A stretch of DNA of 64,000 nucleotides from Coriobacteriia bacterium (GTDB lineage Bacteria; Actinomycetota; Coriobacteriia; Coriobacteriales; UMGS124), in assembly GCA_018368455.1 (NCBI GenBank), contig JAGZEG010000005.1, positions 104,654 to 168,653 on the forward strand, read 5' to 3'. Made by a program: the position numbers and the translations under genes. The notes under the pieces were generated by a model that saw only the letters and a list, made by a program, of their open reading frames with translations, ran no database searches and was not told where the DNA came from. This document shows, piece by piece, positions 17,261-27,335 of the stretch (its first letter is position 1; each line of letters begins with the position of its first letter).

Positions 17261-18595
17261 ATGCCCAACAGCCTGTTCGGAACGGACGGCGCCCGCGGCG
17301 TCGCCAACGACGACCTTACGTGCGAGCTCGCCTATCGCCTTGGCATGGGCGCCGTGTCGTGCCTGGGCCCGCACATCGTCGTGGGTCGAGACACGCGCCG
17401 CTCGGGCACGATGCTCGAGAGCGCCCTGGTCGCCGGCATCATGGCGGCCGGTGGCGAGCCTGCGTGCTGCGGCGTCATCCCTACGCCCGCCGTGGCGCTC
17501 ATCACGCGCGAAGAGGGCGCGGACGGCGGCGTCGTTATCTCGGCAAGCCACAACCCGCCCGAGTACAACGGCATCAAGTTTTTCGGCCCCGACGGCATGA
17601 AGGCCACTGACGACGTCGAGGACGCCCTGGCCGCCTTCGCCGCCGACGGCTGGCGCACCCAGCAGTTCGGCACGGGCGAGCAGGTCGGCGCCCTGCGCAA
17701 GCTCAAGCTCGCGCGCGAGACGTACATCAACCACGCCATCGCGACGATCGACTGCGACCTCACGGGCCTGACGATCGCCGTGGACTGTGCGCACGGTGCC
17801 TCGTGCCGCACGACTCCGGCTGCCCTCGAGCGCCTCGGCGCGCGCGTGCACGTCATCAACACGGACTACAACGGCATGGACATCAACGTGGGCTGTGGCT
17901 CCACGCACCTGGACGCCGTGCGCGAGCTTGTCGCTAAGACGGGTGCCGACGTCGGCATCGCCCACGACGGAGACGCCGACCGCGTGCTGTTCGTGGACGC
18001 CGCCGGCGAGGAGGTCGACGGCGACAAGGTGCTCGCCATCTGCGCTCGCGACCTGTCCGAGCGCGGCGAGCTCGAGGCGGGCGAGGTCGTCTCGACCGTC
18101 ATGTGCAACATGGGCCTGACGCGCGCCATGGACGAGCTCGGCGTCTCCGTGGCCCAGACGCCCGTGGGCGACCGCTTCGTGCTGCAGCGCATGCTGGCCG
18201 ACGGCGCCGTCCTGGGTGGCGAGCAGTCCGGCCACATCATCTTCCTGCGCCACAACACGACGGGCGACGGCCTCGTGACGGCCCTGCAGTTGCTCGCTGT
18301 CATGAAGCGCACCGGGCGCTCTCTGGCTGACCTCGCGCGCGTCATGCGCCGCTACCCGCAGTCGCTCGTCAACGTGCGCACGCCGCGCAAGGCTGAGTGG
18401 CAGGACAACGAGTTCGTCACGCGCGCCATCGACGAGGCCAACGCGGCGCTCGCCGGCGACGGGCGCATCCTTGTGCGCGCGTCAGGCACCGAGCCGCTCG
18501 TGCGCGTCATGGTCGAGGCTGCCAGCGAGCAGATCGCCGGCGACGTGGCCGAGGGCATTGCGGCTGTCGTGCGCGAGCAGCTCGACGGCGAGTAG
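17261..18595 (+). CDS. glmM: Phosphoglucosamine mutase
   Basis: LFGTDGARGVAN and the active-site loop ISASHNPPEYNGIKF. ATG 17261 follows GAAGGAGG. Confidence 0.95.
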   Translation: MPNSLFGTDGARGVANDDLTCELAYRLGMGAVSCLGPHIVVGRDTRRSGTMLESALVAGIMAAGGEPACCGVIPTPAVALITREEGADGGVVISASHNPPEYNGIKFFGPDGMKATDDVEDALAAFAADGWRTQQFGTGEQVGALRKLKLARETYINHAIATIDCDLTGLTIAVDCAHGASCRTTPAALERLGARVHVINTDYNGMDINVGCGSTHLDAVRELVAKTGADVGIAHDGDADRVLFVDAAGEEVDGDKVLAICARDLSERGELEAGEVVSTVMCNMGLTRAMDELGVSVAQTPVGDRFVLQRMLADGAVLGGEQSGHIIFLRHNTTGDGLVTALQLLAVMKRTGRSLADLARVMRRYPQSLVNVRTPRKAEWQDNEFVTRAIDEANAALAGDGRILVRASGTEPLVRVMVEAASEQIAGDVAEGIAAVVREQLDGE

Positions 18596-18628
18596 GTAGG
18601 CGCTTCGACGGTGCGGATGGCGTCGTAG

Positions 18629-18685
18629 GCAGGCCGGGCGATGGGGTGACGTTGTGAAGCCCCGCCGCCCGGCCTGCTCGTTTTT
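18629..18685 (+). terminator. Rho-independent terminator after glmM
   Basis: gcaggccgggcg / cgcccggcctgc gives a 12-bp stem enclosing a smaller gggg/cccc hairpin, followed by tcgttttt. Confidence 0.65.
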
Positions 18686-18831
18686 GCCGCCGATCCGGTG
18701 CGGCGCGCCCCGAAACCGCACATACACCAGCGCGGCGCTAGCATTCGTCGGATGCAGGCGTTGCGAAAGCAAACGCGGCGCTTCGCATGCAAAAGCGAGC
18801 ACTCCTTCACACCCTCACTCGGGAGGCGTCT

Positions 18832-20661
18832 ATGTGCGGCATCGTGGGATATACGGGACGCGAGCAGGCGGAGCCCATCCTGCTCAAGGGCCTGCAGTCA
18901 CTTGAGTATCGCGGCTATGACTCGGCGGGCATGGCTGTCATCGACAGGGCAGGTGCGCTGCACCTCATGAAGCGCAAGGGCAAGGTGCAGATGCTGGCCG
19001 ACGCCCTGGCCGAACACCCGCTCGACGGTACGTGCGGCATCGCGCACACCCGCTGGGCGACGCACGGTGTGCCTTCCGAGCGCAATGCCCACCCGTTCGC
19101 CGACTGCACCGGCACGATCTCGCTGCTGCACAACGGCATCATCGAGAACTACGCCGAGCTGCGCGCCGAGCTCGTCGCCGCGGGCCACACGTTTACGTCC
19201 GAGACAGACTCCGAGGTCGTTGTCCATCTTGTCGAGAGCCTGTACGACGGCGACCTCGCCGCTGCCCTGCGCGCCGCCTGCCAGCGCCTCGACGGAGCGT
19301 GGGCCCTCGTTGCCGTGTCCGCCCGCGAGCCGGGCGTCATCGTGGCCGCCCGCAAGGGCTCGCCGCTCGTCGTCGCCTCGACGCCCAAGGGCGCCCTGGC
19401 CGCAAGCGACCTCACGGCGCTGGCCCCCTACACGCGCGACGTCGTGGCGCTGGAGGACAACGAGTTCGCCGTGCTGCGCGCCGACGGCTCCGTCGAAGTC
19501 ACCGACGCGCAGGGCCAGCGTGTGGACGTCGAGACGCTGCACATCGACTGGGACGTGTCCTCGGCCACGCTCGGCGGCTACCCCGACTTCATGATGAAGG
19601 AGATCTCCGAGCAGCCGCAGGCCCTCGAACGGCTGCTGCACGACCGCGTGCGCTCTGGTCGCGTCGAGCTGGACGAGCTCGACCTCACCGACGACGAGCT
19701 GCGCGCCATCGACCGCATCTACGTCGTCGCCTGCGGCACGAGCTACCATGCGGGCCTCGTGGCCAAGGCGCTCATCGAGAGCTGGGCGCGCGTGCCCGTC
19801 GAGGTCGACGTCGCTTCTGAGCTCATGTATCGCGACGCGCTCGTGACGCCGCACACGCTGTGCCTCGTCATCACTCAGTCGGGCGAGACGGCCGAGACGC
19901 TGCTGTGCGCCCGCCGCCTCAAGGACATGGGGGCGCGCCTGCTCGCCGTGACGAACGTGCTGGGTTCCACGGCCGCGCGTGACGCCGACGGCGTGCTCTA
20001 CCTGCAGTCGGGCCCCGAGGTCTCCGTGGCCTCCACCAAGGCGTATACCTCGATGCTCGTGGCGATGGTCCTCATCGCGCTGTTCCTCGCGTCCAAGCGC
20101 GGCCGCATGGACGCCGGCGAGGTCGCCGAGCACCTGGCGACGCTCGAGCGCCTGCCTGCCGTCGTGCGCACGGCCCTCGACCGCCAGGGCTTGGCCGCCG
20201 AGGCGGCAACGGCGTTCGAAGGGGCGCACTCGGCGCTGTTCCTCGGGCGCGGCCTGAACTCCGCGAGCGCGCGAGAGGGCGCTCTCAAGCTCAAGGAGGT
20301 CAGCTACCTGCACGCCGAGGCCTATCCGGCCGGCGAGATGAAGCATGGCCCCATCGCCCTCATCGACCTGGGCTTCCCCGTGGTCGTCGTCGTGCCGCGC
20401 GACGCCCTGCGCGCCAAGACCGTCTCGAACATCGCCGAGATCAAGGCTCGCGGCGCCGTCGTCATCGCCGTGGCGACGCAGGGCGACGATGAGGTGGCGG
20501 CTCTTGCGGATCACGTGCTGTGGCTGCCCCCGCTGCCTGACTGGTGCACGCCGGTCGTCGTGGCTGTCTACCTGCAGCTCATGGCGCGCGACGTCGCGCT
20601 CGACCGCGGCTGCGACGTCGACAGGCCGCGCAACCTGGCAAAGTCCGTCACGACGGAGTAG
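18832..20661 (+). CDS. glmS: Glutamine--fructose-6-phosphate aminotransferase
   Basis: MCGIVGY N-terminal nucleophile and two SIS domains (ACGTSYHAG, ITQSGETAET). C-terminus ...NLAKSVTTE. ATG 18832 follows GGGAGG. Confidence 0.97.
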   Translation: MCGIVGYTGREQAEPILLKGLQSLEYRGYDSAGMAVIDRAGALHLMKRKGKVQMLADALAEHPLDGTCGIAHTRWATHGVPSERNAHPFADCTGTISLLHNGIIENYAELRAELVAAGHTFTSETDSEVVVHLVESLYDGDLAAALRAACQRLDGAWALVAVSAREPGVIVAARKGSPLVVASTPKGALAASDLTALAPYTRDVVALEDNEFAVLRADGSVEVTDAQGQRVDVETLHIDWDVSSATLGGYPDFMMKEISEQPQALERLLHDRVRSGRVELDELDLTDDELRAIDRIYVVACGTSYHAGLVAKALIESWARVPVEVDVASELMYRDALVTPHTLCLVITQSGETAETLLCARRLKDMGARLLAVTNVLGSTAARDADGVLYLQSGPEVSVASTKAYTSMLVAMVLIALFLASKRGRMDAGEVAEHLATLERLPAVVRTALDRQGLAAEAATAFEGAHSALFLGRGLNSASAREGALKLKEVSYLHAEAYPAGEMKHGPIALIDLGFPVVVVVPRDALRAKTVSNIAEIKARGAVVIAVATQGDDEVAALADHVLWLPPLPDWCTPVVVAVYLQLMARDVALDRGCDVDRPRNLAKSVTTE

Positions 20662-20809
20662 GGGCGCGCGACCCGGCGGCGCGGGGCTGGGGCACGCGGG
20701 AGATATTGCGCGAGAGGCGGGGCTCGACGGGCGAAGGCGTCCCGGCGGGCCCCGCACGGGTATCATGGGGCGCATGAGGACGGGATGAGGCTCGCTCAAG
20801 ACATCGGAG

Positions 20810-21385
20810 GTGACGAGCGTGGCGCGCGTGGGCATGGACATCGTCGAGACGGGTCGGATGCGCGACACGCTGTTTCGCACGTCGCGCTTCAAGTATCGCG
20901 TGTTCACCGACGCCGAGCGCGCCTGGTGCGACGCGCGCCCCGACCCGGCGAGCGCGTACGCGGGCTGCTTTGCCGCGCGCCAGGCGACGCTCAAAGCCCT
21001 GGGCTGCGGGTGGTTCGGCCAGGGCGTCCGCTTCTCCGACGTCTCGGTGAGCCACGACGCCAAGGGCCGTCCCTTCATGGTGCTCGCGGGCGCGGCGGAG
21101 CGCATCGCGCGCGGCCAGGGCATCACGGACGTGTTCGTGTCCATCGCGCACACCCGCGGGCTGGCCGTGGCGAATGCCGTTGCCGCGACGCCCGACTCGG
21201 TCCCCCGGCGCGACGAGAAGGTCGACGAGCGCGCCGTCATCGCCGAGCAGTTCAAGCAGGCGCGGGCTCTGCTCGACGAGCTCGATCGTCCCGCAGACGC
21301 AGGGACGTCCAGGGGCGGAACCTCGGGCCCCTCAGCAAGACATGCCGCGGGCGGAGTGGACGCGCCCGATACGACGGAAGGATGA
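20810..21385 (+). CDS. acpS: Holo-ACP synthase with a ~60-aa C-terminal extension
   Basis: VGMDIVE...FTDAERAWC...FAARQATLKALG...VSHDAKGRPF...VSIAHTRGLAVA. Start is GTG 20810 or GTG 20819; GGAGG is at 20805-20809. Confidence 0.85.
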   Translation: MTSVARVGMDIVETGRMRDTLFRTSRFKYRVFTDAERAWCDARPDPASAYAGCFAARQATLKALGCGWFGQGVRFSDVSVSHDAKGRPFMVLAGAAERIARGQGITDVFVSIAHTRGLAVANAVAATPDSVPRRDEKVDERAVIAEQFKQARALLDELDRPADAGTSRGGTSGPSARHAAGGVDAPDTTEG

Positions 21386-21391
21386 TGCATC

Positions 21392-24322
21392 GTGCAGCCA
21401 GTCATGAGCGTAGCCGACGTGCGGGAGTTCGAGCGGGCGCTCGTCGAGAAGGGGACGCCCCTCGCCGAGCTCATGCGCCGCGCCGGCGCCGTCGTCGCCG
21501 TGCAGGCGGCTCGGTTCGTGCAGCACGGCTCCGTCGTCGTGCTGTGCGGTATGGGCAACAACGGTGGTGACGGCTGGGTCGCGGCGGACAACCTCGCGCG
21601 CCACGGCTACGAGGTCAGCGTCGTCGCGCCTGCTACGCCTGCCGTCATGAAGAGCGAGCTTGCCCGCCGCATGGCCACGCGCGCGACCGACATGGGCGTG
21701 CCGGTGCACGTCGCGCCGACGCCCGAAGAGCTCGAGGAGCTGCTCCTGCCGGCCGATGTTGTCATCGACGCGTGCTTTGGCATCGGGTTCCACGGCGCGC
21801 TGCCTGAGCCCTACGAGACGTGGGTGCAGGTCGTCGACGAGATATTCGACGGCCACCTCGTATCCGTGGACGTGCCGAGCGGCATCGACGCGACGAGCGG
21901 CATGGCGGATGGCGCCCACTTCGACGCCGACGTCACCGTGACGATGTTTGCGGCCAAGCCCGGCCTCGTGAGCGGAAGGGGCCGCGCCGCGAGTGGCCGC
22001 GTTGTCGTGGCGAGCCTTACGGACGACGACGAGGGGCTGCAGGACATCTCTGACGCCGCGGCCGCCTTCGTCATGGAGGAGCGCGACTACCTCGACGTAC
22101 TGCCCGAGCCCGACCCGCTGCAGGACAAGTACACGCGCGGCCGCGTCGTCGTCGTGGCGGGCTCGTCGCGCTATCCCGGCGCCGCCATCATGGCTGCGAC
22201 GGCCGCCGCGCGCAGCGGTGCGGGCTACGTGACGCTTGTCGTGCCGGCCCCCGTCGTGCCCGTCGCCCAGATGCACCTGCTCTCCGTGCCCGTCATCGGC
22301 CTGCCGGCCGACCCGGAGGGTGCATTCTCCGTCGAGGCCGCCGACCGGGTCGCTGCGCTCGTGGAGCGGGCCGACGCCGTGCTGGCGGGCCCGGGCATGA
22401 CGACATCGCTCGGCGCCTGCGAGGTCGTGCGCAACCTTCTGCGCACGGATCGCCCGCTCGTGCTCGACGCCGACGCGCTCAACGCCGCCGTGCGCATCTG
22501 CGCCGGCTCGGCCGCGGCGCATCCCGACGCGCTGCGCCGCGAGGCCCCGCTCGTGCTGACGCCGCACCGCCGCGAGCTGGCGCGCCTCATGGGCGGCGAG
22601 CTCGAGCGCACGCAGACGCTGGCCGGCGCTATGGAGGCGGCTCAGGACCTTGCGTGGGCCGTGGGCTCGGCCAACTTCTGCGTCATCGCGAAGGGGCCCG
22701 TCAGCGCCGTCGCGACGATCGACTCGACGCTCATCCCCCAGCCCGGCCCCGTCGCGCTGGCGACGGCCGGCACGGGCGACGTGCTTGCCGGCATGACGGC
22801 GAGCCTGCTGGCGCAGTTCTTTGCGACGATGGACGAAGAGGAGCGCGCCGAGGGCATCGACTCGTCCGACCTGCTCATGCTCATGGCGGGGGCAGATCGC
22901 GTGCACGCCGTGGCCGGCGAGCTCGCCTGCCGCGCGCACGGCTCCCGCGGCGTCATGGCACCCGACGTCGCCGACGTGGCGGGGAAGGCCATCGACGAGC
23001 TGCTGCGGCGCGCCGAGCGCGACTTCGACGAGGCATCGGACGACCCGGGAACTGTGCTCGAGGGCGACGCGACCCTCGCGGACGAGGAACCGGCGGTAAA
23101 GGCCGCAGCTCCGGAGCTGCAGGGGGCTTCCGAGGAGACACCTGCTGCTGCGAGCAAGCCCGAGGCCGAGCCCGAGCGGCAGGCCGGGGCCCCCGCCCCC
23201 ACGCGACGCGAGCTGCTGGCGGCGGCCGCGCGCCGGCGCACGGAAAACGTGCTGGCCATGGAGTCGGCGCTTGTCGAGGACGTCGAGGCGGGCGATCTCG
23301 AGGAGCCGACGCCCGAGCACGAGCGCCTCGAGCGGCGTCCCAAGCCTGAGGCACAGGCGAGCGACGGGGCGCAGGCCCCGGTTGCTGGCGAGAGCGTCCC
23401 ACCGGAGGATGCCGGCGCTGCCGAGGATGCCTCCGCGCAGGCTGTGACACCCGACGAGCCGGACGACTCCGACGAGAAGGCCGCTCCCGCTGCGGCCGCA
23501 GGAGACATCGCCGATGAGCCCGCTGACGTCCCGGCTCCCGAGGAGGATCCCGTCCCGGCTCCGGCGGGCGCGACGACTGTGATGGCGCCCGTCAGCGCGC
23601 AGAGCACTCCCGACGCCCCGGCTGCCCCCGACGTTCCTGCGCCCGCTGCGCCCCTGGGCGCGACTGGCGAGCTGCCCACTGCCGTGCCTGCATCGGAGAC
23701 GGGCGCGCTGCCTGCCCAGGACGCCTCCTCGACTGGCCAGCTCCCGGCGCCGGCAGGCCCCGCCGAGGATGTGGCCACCGACGCGAGCGGCGTCCCGCCG
23801 TTCCTCGCGAAGATGGCGGCGTTCGTCGCCGAGGGGAGCGTCCCCAACGGCGAGACAGGCGCGTTCGAGGCGGTGGCCGCTGCCGTCGAGGCACGCGAGC
23901 CCGAGAGCGAGCCCGCCACGCCCCCGGCACCCGCGTCGACGGCCTCCCGCCTCCCGGCGTTTCTGAGCGCCGCCCTGAGCGCGCGCCCGACAGGCCGCTC
24001 TGTGGACCCGCAGGCTGCATCGGAGGCTCCGGCGACGTTTGACGCGTCCATCAGGATTGCTCCTCCGCCGATGGCCGCGCCCACCCAGGATGGGGACGCC
24101 GACGCCACAGGCGAGCGCCCCGCGTCCGGCCGGGCGCTCAAGCGCGGGCGCTCGACGGCGTCGGGCCTTCCTAAGAAGAAGCCGAACCCCGTCGAGGCGT
24201 TCCACGAGCGCGCGACGCTGCGCATCGGCGAGAAGCCGGCCATCCCACCCGACCAGCGTCCCTCGGCCGCGAGCAAGACTGCCAAGCCCAAACCCCGCCC
24301 CAAGCGCGGCAAGCGCTCGTAG
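21392..24322 (+). CDS. nnr: Bifunctional NAD(P)H-hydrate epimerase/dehydratase (YjeF_N + YjeF_C) with a ~430-aa low-complexity A/P/E/D-rich C-terminal tail
   Basis: N-terminal motif VLCGMGNNGGDGWV. C-terminal domain KYTRGRVVVVAGSSRYPGAAIMA...LATAGTGDVLAGM. From ~23020 the sequence is compositionally biased, ending in the K/R-rich KPKPRPKRGKRS. Confidence 0.85.
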   Translation: MQPVMSVADVREFERALVEKGTPLAELMRRAGAVVAVQAARFVQHGSVVVLCGMGNNGGDGWVAADNLARHGYEVSVVAPATPAVMKSELARRMATRATDMGVPVHVAPTPEELEELLLPADVVIDACFGIGFHGALPEPYETWVQVVDEIFDGHLVSVDVPSGIDATSGMADGAHFDADVTVTMFAAKPGLVSGRGRAASGRVVVASLTDDDEGLQDISDAAAAFVMEERDYLDVLPEPDPLQDKYTRGRVVVVAGSSRYPGAAIMAATAAARSGAGYVTLVVPAPVVPVAQMHLLSVPVIGLPADPEGAFSVEAADRVAALVERADAVLAGPGMTTSLGACEVVRNLLRTDRPLVLDADALNAAVRICAGSAAAHPDALRREAPLVLTPHRRELARLMGGELERTQTLAGAMEAAQDLAWAVGSANFCVIAKGPVSAVATIDSTLIPQPGPVALATAGTGDVLAGMTASLLAQFFATMDEEERAEGIDSSDLLMLMAGADRVHAVAGELACRAHGSRGVMAPDVADVAGKAIDELLRRAERDFDEASDDPGTVLEGDATLADEEPAVKAAAPELQGASEETPAAASKPEAEPERQAGAPAPTRRELLAAAARRRTENVLAMESALVEDVEAGDLEEPTPEHERLERRPKPEAQASDGAQAPVAGESVPPEDAGAAEDASAQAVTPDEPDDSDEKAAPAAAAGDIADEPADVPAPEEDPVPAPAGATTVMAPVSAQSTPDAPAAPDVPAPAAPLGATGELPTAVPASETGALPAQDASSTGQLPAPAGPAEDVATDASGVPPFLAKMAAFVAEGSVPNGETGAFEAVAAAVEAREPESEPATPPAPASTASRLPAFLSAALSARPTGRSVDPQAASEAPATFDASIRIAPPPMAAPTQDGDADATGERPASGRALKRGRSTASGLPKKKPNPVEAFHERATLRIGEKPAIPPDQRPSAASKTAKPKPRPKRGKRS

Positions 24323-24337
24323 GGGGTATCCCGCAGA

Positions 24338-24392
24338 GCTGGAGCCGGCTTCCGTGCGCGTTCGGCGGGAGCCGGCTCCAGCCTGCGCTTTT
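24338..24392 (+). terminator. Rho-independent terminator after nnr
   Basis: gctggagccggc / gccggctccagc gives a perfect 12-bp stem, with ctgcgctttt downstream. Confidence 0.6.
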
Positions 24393-24556
24393 GTGGCGCA
24401 GACGCGCTAGAATGGTGCGCGCTGCACTTCGGCGGGCAGCCTGGGGCATGCCCGAGAGCGGCTGACGGGGCTGGCCCGGGACGCGCGGCCTCCGACCGGA
24501 AGCGCGCCGCACATCCGCCGCTGTACGTTCGTGATCGCCTGCAAGAAGGAGGGCTC

Positions 24557-25744
24557 GTGCCCGAGCAACGAGAGCTACCGAAGACGCGCTGGGCCTGGGT
24601 CGAGGTCGACCTCGAGGCCATCCGCAGTAACGTTCGTGCATACCGCAGCATCATCAAGCCGCCGACGCGCCTCATGGCCGTCGTCAAGGCCGACGCGTAC
24701 GGCCATGGCGCCGTGCCCGTCGCGCAGGCGTGCCGGGCTGCCGGTGCGGACGCCTTTGCGGTTGCGACGGTCGACGAGGGCCTCCAGCTGCGCGAGGGTG
24801 GCATCGACGAGCCGGTTCTCATCCTATCCCAGCCTCCGCTTGAGTCCATTCCGCTGCTCGTTGAGCACAACGTCATGCCGTCGGTCTACGACCTCGAGTT
24901 CGCGGCGCGCCTGGGCGAGGAGGGGCGCCGGCGCGGCGTCGAGGCCAAGTACCACCTCGCCGTCGACACGGGCATGGACCGCATCGGCGTGCCGTTTGCC
25001 GAGGTGGGGGAGTTCGTGCAGGTGGCCGAGCACCTCCAGGGGCTGCGCCTCGCCGGTACGTTCACGCACTTCGCCACGGCTGACAAGACGTCGGACTGGG
25101 ACTTCACGCTGCAGCTCAAGCGCTTCCGTGACGCGGTGGCGCTCATCCGCAAGATGGGCTTCAACCCCGGTACCGTCCACTGCGCCAACACGCCGGCTAC
25201 GATGCTGCACCCCGAGACGCACTTCGACATGGTGCGCGTGGGCATCGGGTTGTACGGCCTGCACCCTGCGGAGACGACGGTCGGCGCGCTGCGGCTGCGC
25301 CCCGCCATGAGCGTGAAGGCGCGAGCGGTGCGCGTCGAGCGGCCTCGCGTGGGCGAGGGCGTCGGCTACGGCATGACGTATCGGGTGGCGCGGCCTTCCA
25401 TCCAGATCGCGACGCTGCCGCTGGGCTATGCCGACGGCCTGTCCCGAAGGCTCTCCAACGACATGGAGGTCATCTACGGCGGGCTGCGCTGGCGCCAGGT
25501 GGGCAACATCTGCATGGACCAGTGCATGATCGAAGTCGAGCCCGAGCTGGCACTGGCGCGCGGCTACCAGGCCAAGCCCATCGAGGTGGGTGACGAGGTC
25601 ACGGTTGTGGGGCGCCAGGGCGGCGAGGTCATCACGATCGACGACCTGGCGCTGCGCCTGGGCACGATCAACTACGAGGTGGCCTGCGGCTTTGGCATGC
25701 GGCTGCCCAAGGTGTACGTCAACCGCAACGGCGTGGGGCTGTAA
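24557..25744 (+). CDS. alr: Alanine racemase
   Basis: PLP-lysine motif AVVKADAYGHGA. GIGLYG and GYADG motifs. GTG 24557 follows AAGGAGGG. Confidence 0.95.
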   Translation: MPEQRELPKTRWAWVEVDLEAIRSNVRAYRSIIKPPTRLMAVVKADAYGHGAVPVAQACRAAGADAFAVATVDEGLQLREGGIDEPVLILSQPPLESIPLLVEHNVMPSVYDLEFAARLGEEGRRRGVEAKYHLAVDTGMDRIGVPFAEVGEFVQVAEHLQGLRLAGTFTHFATADKTSDWDFTLQLKRFRDAVALIRKMGFNPGTVHCANTPATMLHPETHFDMVRVGIGLYGLHPAETTVGALRLRPAMSVKARAVRVERPRVGEGVGYGMTYRVARPSIQIATLPLGYADGLSRRLSNDMEVIYGGLRWRQVGNICMDQCMIEVEPELALARGYQAKPIEVGDEVTVVGRQGGEVITIDDLALRLGTINYEVACGFGMRLPKVYVNRNGVGL

Positions 25745-25776
25745 AAGCGCCTCGTGCCACGAGATGAGCGAGTGAG

Positions 25777-26451
25777 GTGATGCGCGCCATGGCCATGCTG
25801 AAGATCCCGGGACACGAGCACCAGCGCGCCGGCGAGGTCACGCTCGACGAGATCCGCGCCGTGCTGGGAGACTGTCGGCTGTGCCCGCTGTGCGAGACGC
25901 GGACGAACATCGTGTTTGGCGTCGGCAACCCCCACGCGCGCGTCGTGTTCGTCGGCGAGGCGCCGGGTGCCAACGAAGACGCCCAGGGCGAGCCGTTCGT
26001 GGGCCAGGCGGGACATCTGCTCGACCGTATGCTCGCGGAGCAGACGGGCATCGCGCGCGAGGAGGTCTATATCGCCAACGTGCTCAAGTGCCGACCGCCG
26101 GGCAACCGCGACCCTCGCCCCGAGGAGGTCGAGGTGTGCTCGCCGTTCTTGCGCGAGCAGATCCGTAGCATCTGGCCCGACGTCATCATGACGATGGGCA
26201 ATCCCGCCACGCGTTTCATCCTGCGCACGGAGGTCGGCATCACGCGCCTGCGCGGCAAGGTGTTCCACGAGGGCCACTTCGCTGTGTTGCCGACGTTCCA
26301 CCCGGCAGCCGTGCTGCGCGACGCGAGCAAGCTGCCCGACCTCGAGAGTGACTTCCATCTGCTCGGCCAGCTGCTGCGCGGCGAGGTCGGCTTCAGCGAT
26401 CCGACGGCCGGTGCTGTGCCTGCCGCTGGGACGCCGGGGGTGCGGCGATGA
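25777..26451 (+). CDS. Uracil-DNA glycosylase, family 4
   Basis: CRLCPLC...VFGVGNPHARVVFVGEAPGANEDAQGEPFVGQAG...ANVLKCRPPGNRDP...LPTFHPAAVLR. Start is uncertain (GTG 25777 or ATG 25789). Confidence 0.85.
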   Translation: MMRAMAMLKIPGHEHQRAGEVTLDEIRAVLGDCRLCPLCETRTNIVFGVGNPHARVVFVGEAPGANEDAQGEPFVGQAGHLLDRMLAEQTGIAREEVYIANVLKCRPPGNRDPRPEEVEVCSPFLREQIRSIWPDVIMTMGNPATRFILRTEVGITRLRGKVFHEGHFAVLPTFHPAAVLRDASKLPDLESDFHLLGQLLRGEVGFSDPTAGAVPAAGTPGVRR

Positions 26452-26963
26452 GCGCGGAAGGCCTGACGCGCCTGGGCGCGGGCGCGTGGCGCGTGGCGTC
26501 GCCCGATGCGATGCGCGAGCTGGGCGTGGGGCTGGGACGCGCGCTGCAGGCGGGAGATGTCGTCGTGCTGACGGGCGATCTGGGCGCCGGCAAGACGTGC
26601 TTGACGGGAGGCGTGGCGGCAGGGCTGGGCGACGGGTCCGCCGTGACGAGCCCCACGTTCACGATCATGTCCGTGCACGACGAGGGACGTATCCCGCTGT
26701 ACCACTTCGACCTCTATCGACTCGAGGGACCCGAGCAGCTTGACGACGTGGGCATCTACGACGTGCTCGAGGCCGACGGCGCCTGCCTCATCGAGTGGGG
26801 CGAGGCCTACGTCAACGAGCTGGGCGACGAGCGCCTCGACGTGACGGTCATGCGCGAGCCCGTCGCTCCCGAGGGTGGTGAGCCGGCCCGCATCGTGCGC
26901 ACCGCCCCCCACGGCAAGCGCGCCGAAGCCCTGCTCGCGGCGTGGGACGGGGAGACGCGCTAG
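26448..26963 (+). CDS. tsaE: tRNA t6A37 biosynthesis ATPase TsaE
   Basis: GDLGAGKTCLTGG...SPTFTIM...LYHFDLYRLE...IEWGE. ATGA overlap with the UDG gene. Confidence 0.85.
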   Translation: MSAEGLTRLGAGAWRVASPDAMRELGVGLGRALQAGDVVVLTGDLGAGKTCLTGGVAAGLGDGSAVTSPTFTIMSVHDEGRIPLYHFDLYRLEGPEQLDDVGIYDVLEADGACLIEWGEAYVNELGDERLDVTVMREPVAPEGGEPARIVRTAPHGKRAEALLAAWDGETR

Positions 26964-27062
26964 GCGGTATGACGCCCGGGGCAGCCAGGTGAGTGGGCTT
27001 GCTGTTTACTGCTGTGCTACAATTAACGACGATAGTAAACAGCGAGAGGCAGGGGGTGTGTC

Positions 27063-27332
27063 ATGACCGTTTCATATGCGTTGCGCGTCGACGAGGACGT
27101 CAAGCAGCGGGCTTCCGAAGTCTGCAAGTCCTACGGGCTCGATCTTGCGACGGCTACTCGTGCCTTTTACGCCCAGATTGCTCGAACGAAGAGCATTCCT
27201 CTGACGTTTGCCGTCGAGGAGCCCAACGAGGAGACGAAGGCTGCACTTGCGGAGGCGAAAGAATTTGCCGCCTCGGGCCGAGAGGGGTCCTACGCATCTG
27301 CAGACGAGCTGTTCGCGGCGCTGGATCTGTAG
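27063..27332 (+). CDS. dinJ: Type II antitoxin, RelB/DinJ family
   Basis: LRVDEDVKQRASEVCKSYGLDLATATRAFYAQIARTKSIPLTF (ribbon-helix-helix pattern). 89 aa, directly upstream of the toxin. Confidence 0.8.
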   Translation: MTVSYALRVDEDVKQRASEVCKSYGLDLATATRAFYAQIARTKSIPLTFAVEEPNEETKAALAEAKEFAASGREGSYASADELFAALDL

Positions 27333-27335
27333 CCC

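Noticed and set aside
18686-18831. Possible glmS ribozyme in the glmS leader.
   Set aside because: The ~145-nt leader lacks the conserved core elements I remember (the AGCGCC cleavage-site context with the downstream GACGAGG and AUCGAA blocks) and is shorter than typical. An Infernal scan would be decisive.
18898-24876. Very long minus-strand ORFs (18898..21591 of 897 aa, 21332..24205 of 957 aa, 22642..24876 of 744 aa).
   Set aside because: They are antisense to unmistakable glmS, acpS, nnr and alr genes. Their translations are Arg/Ala/Gly/Pro-rich nonsense typical of stop-poor antisense frames in high-GC DNA.
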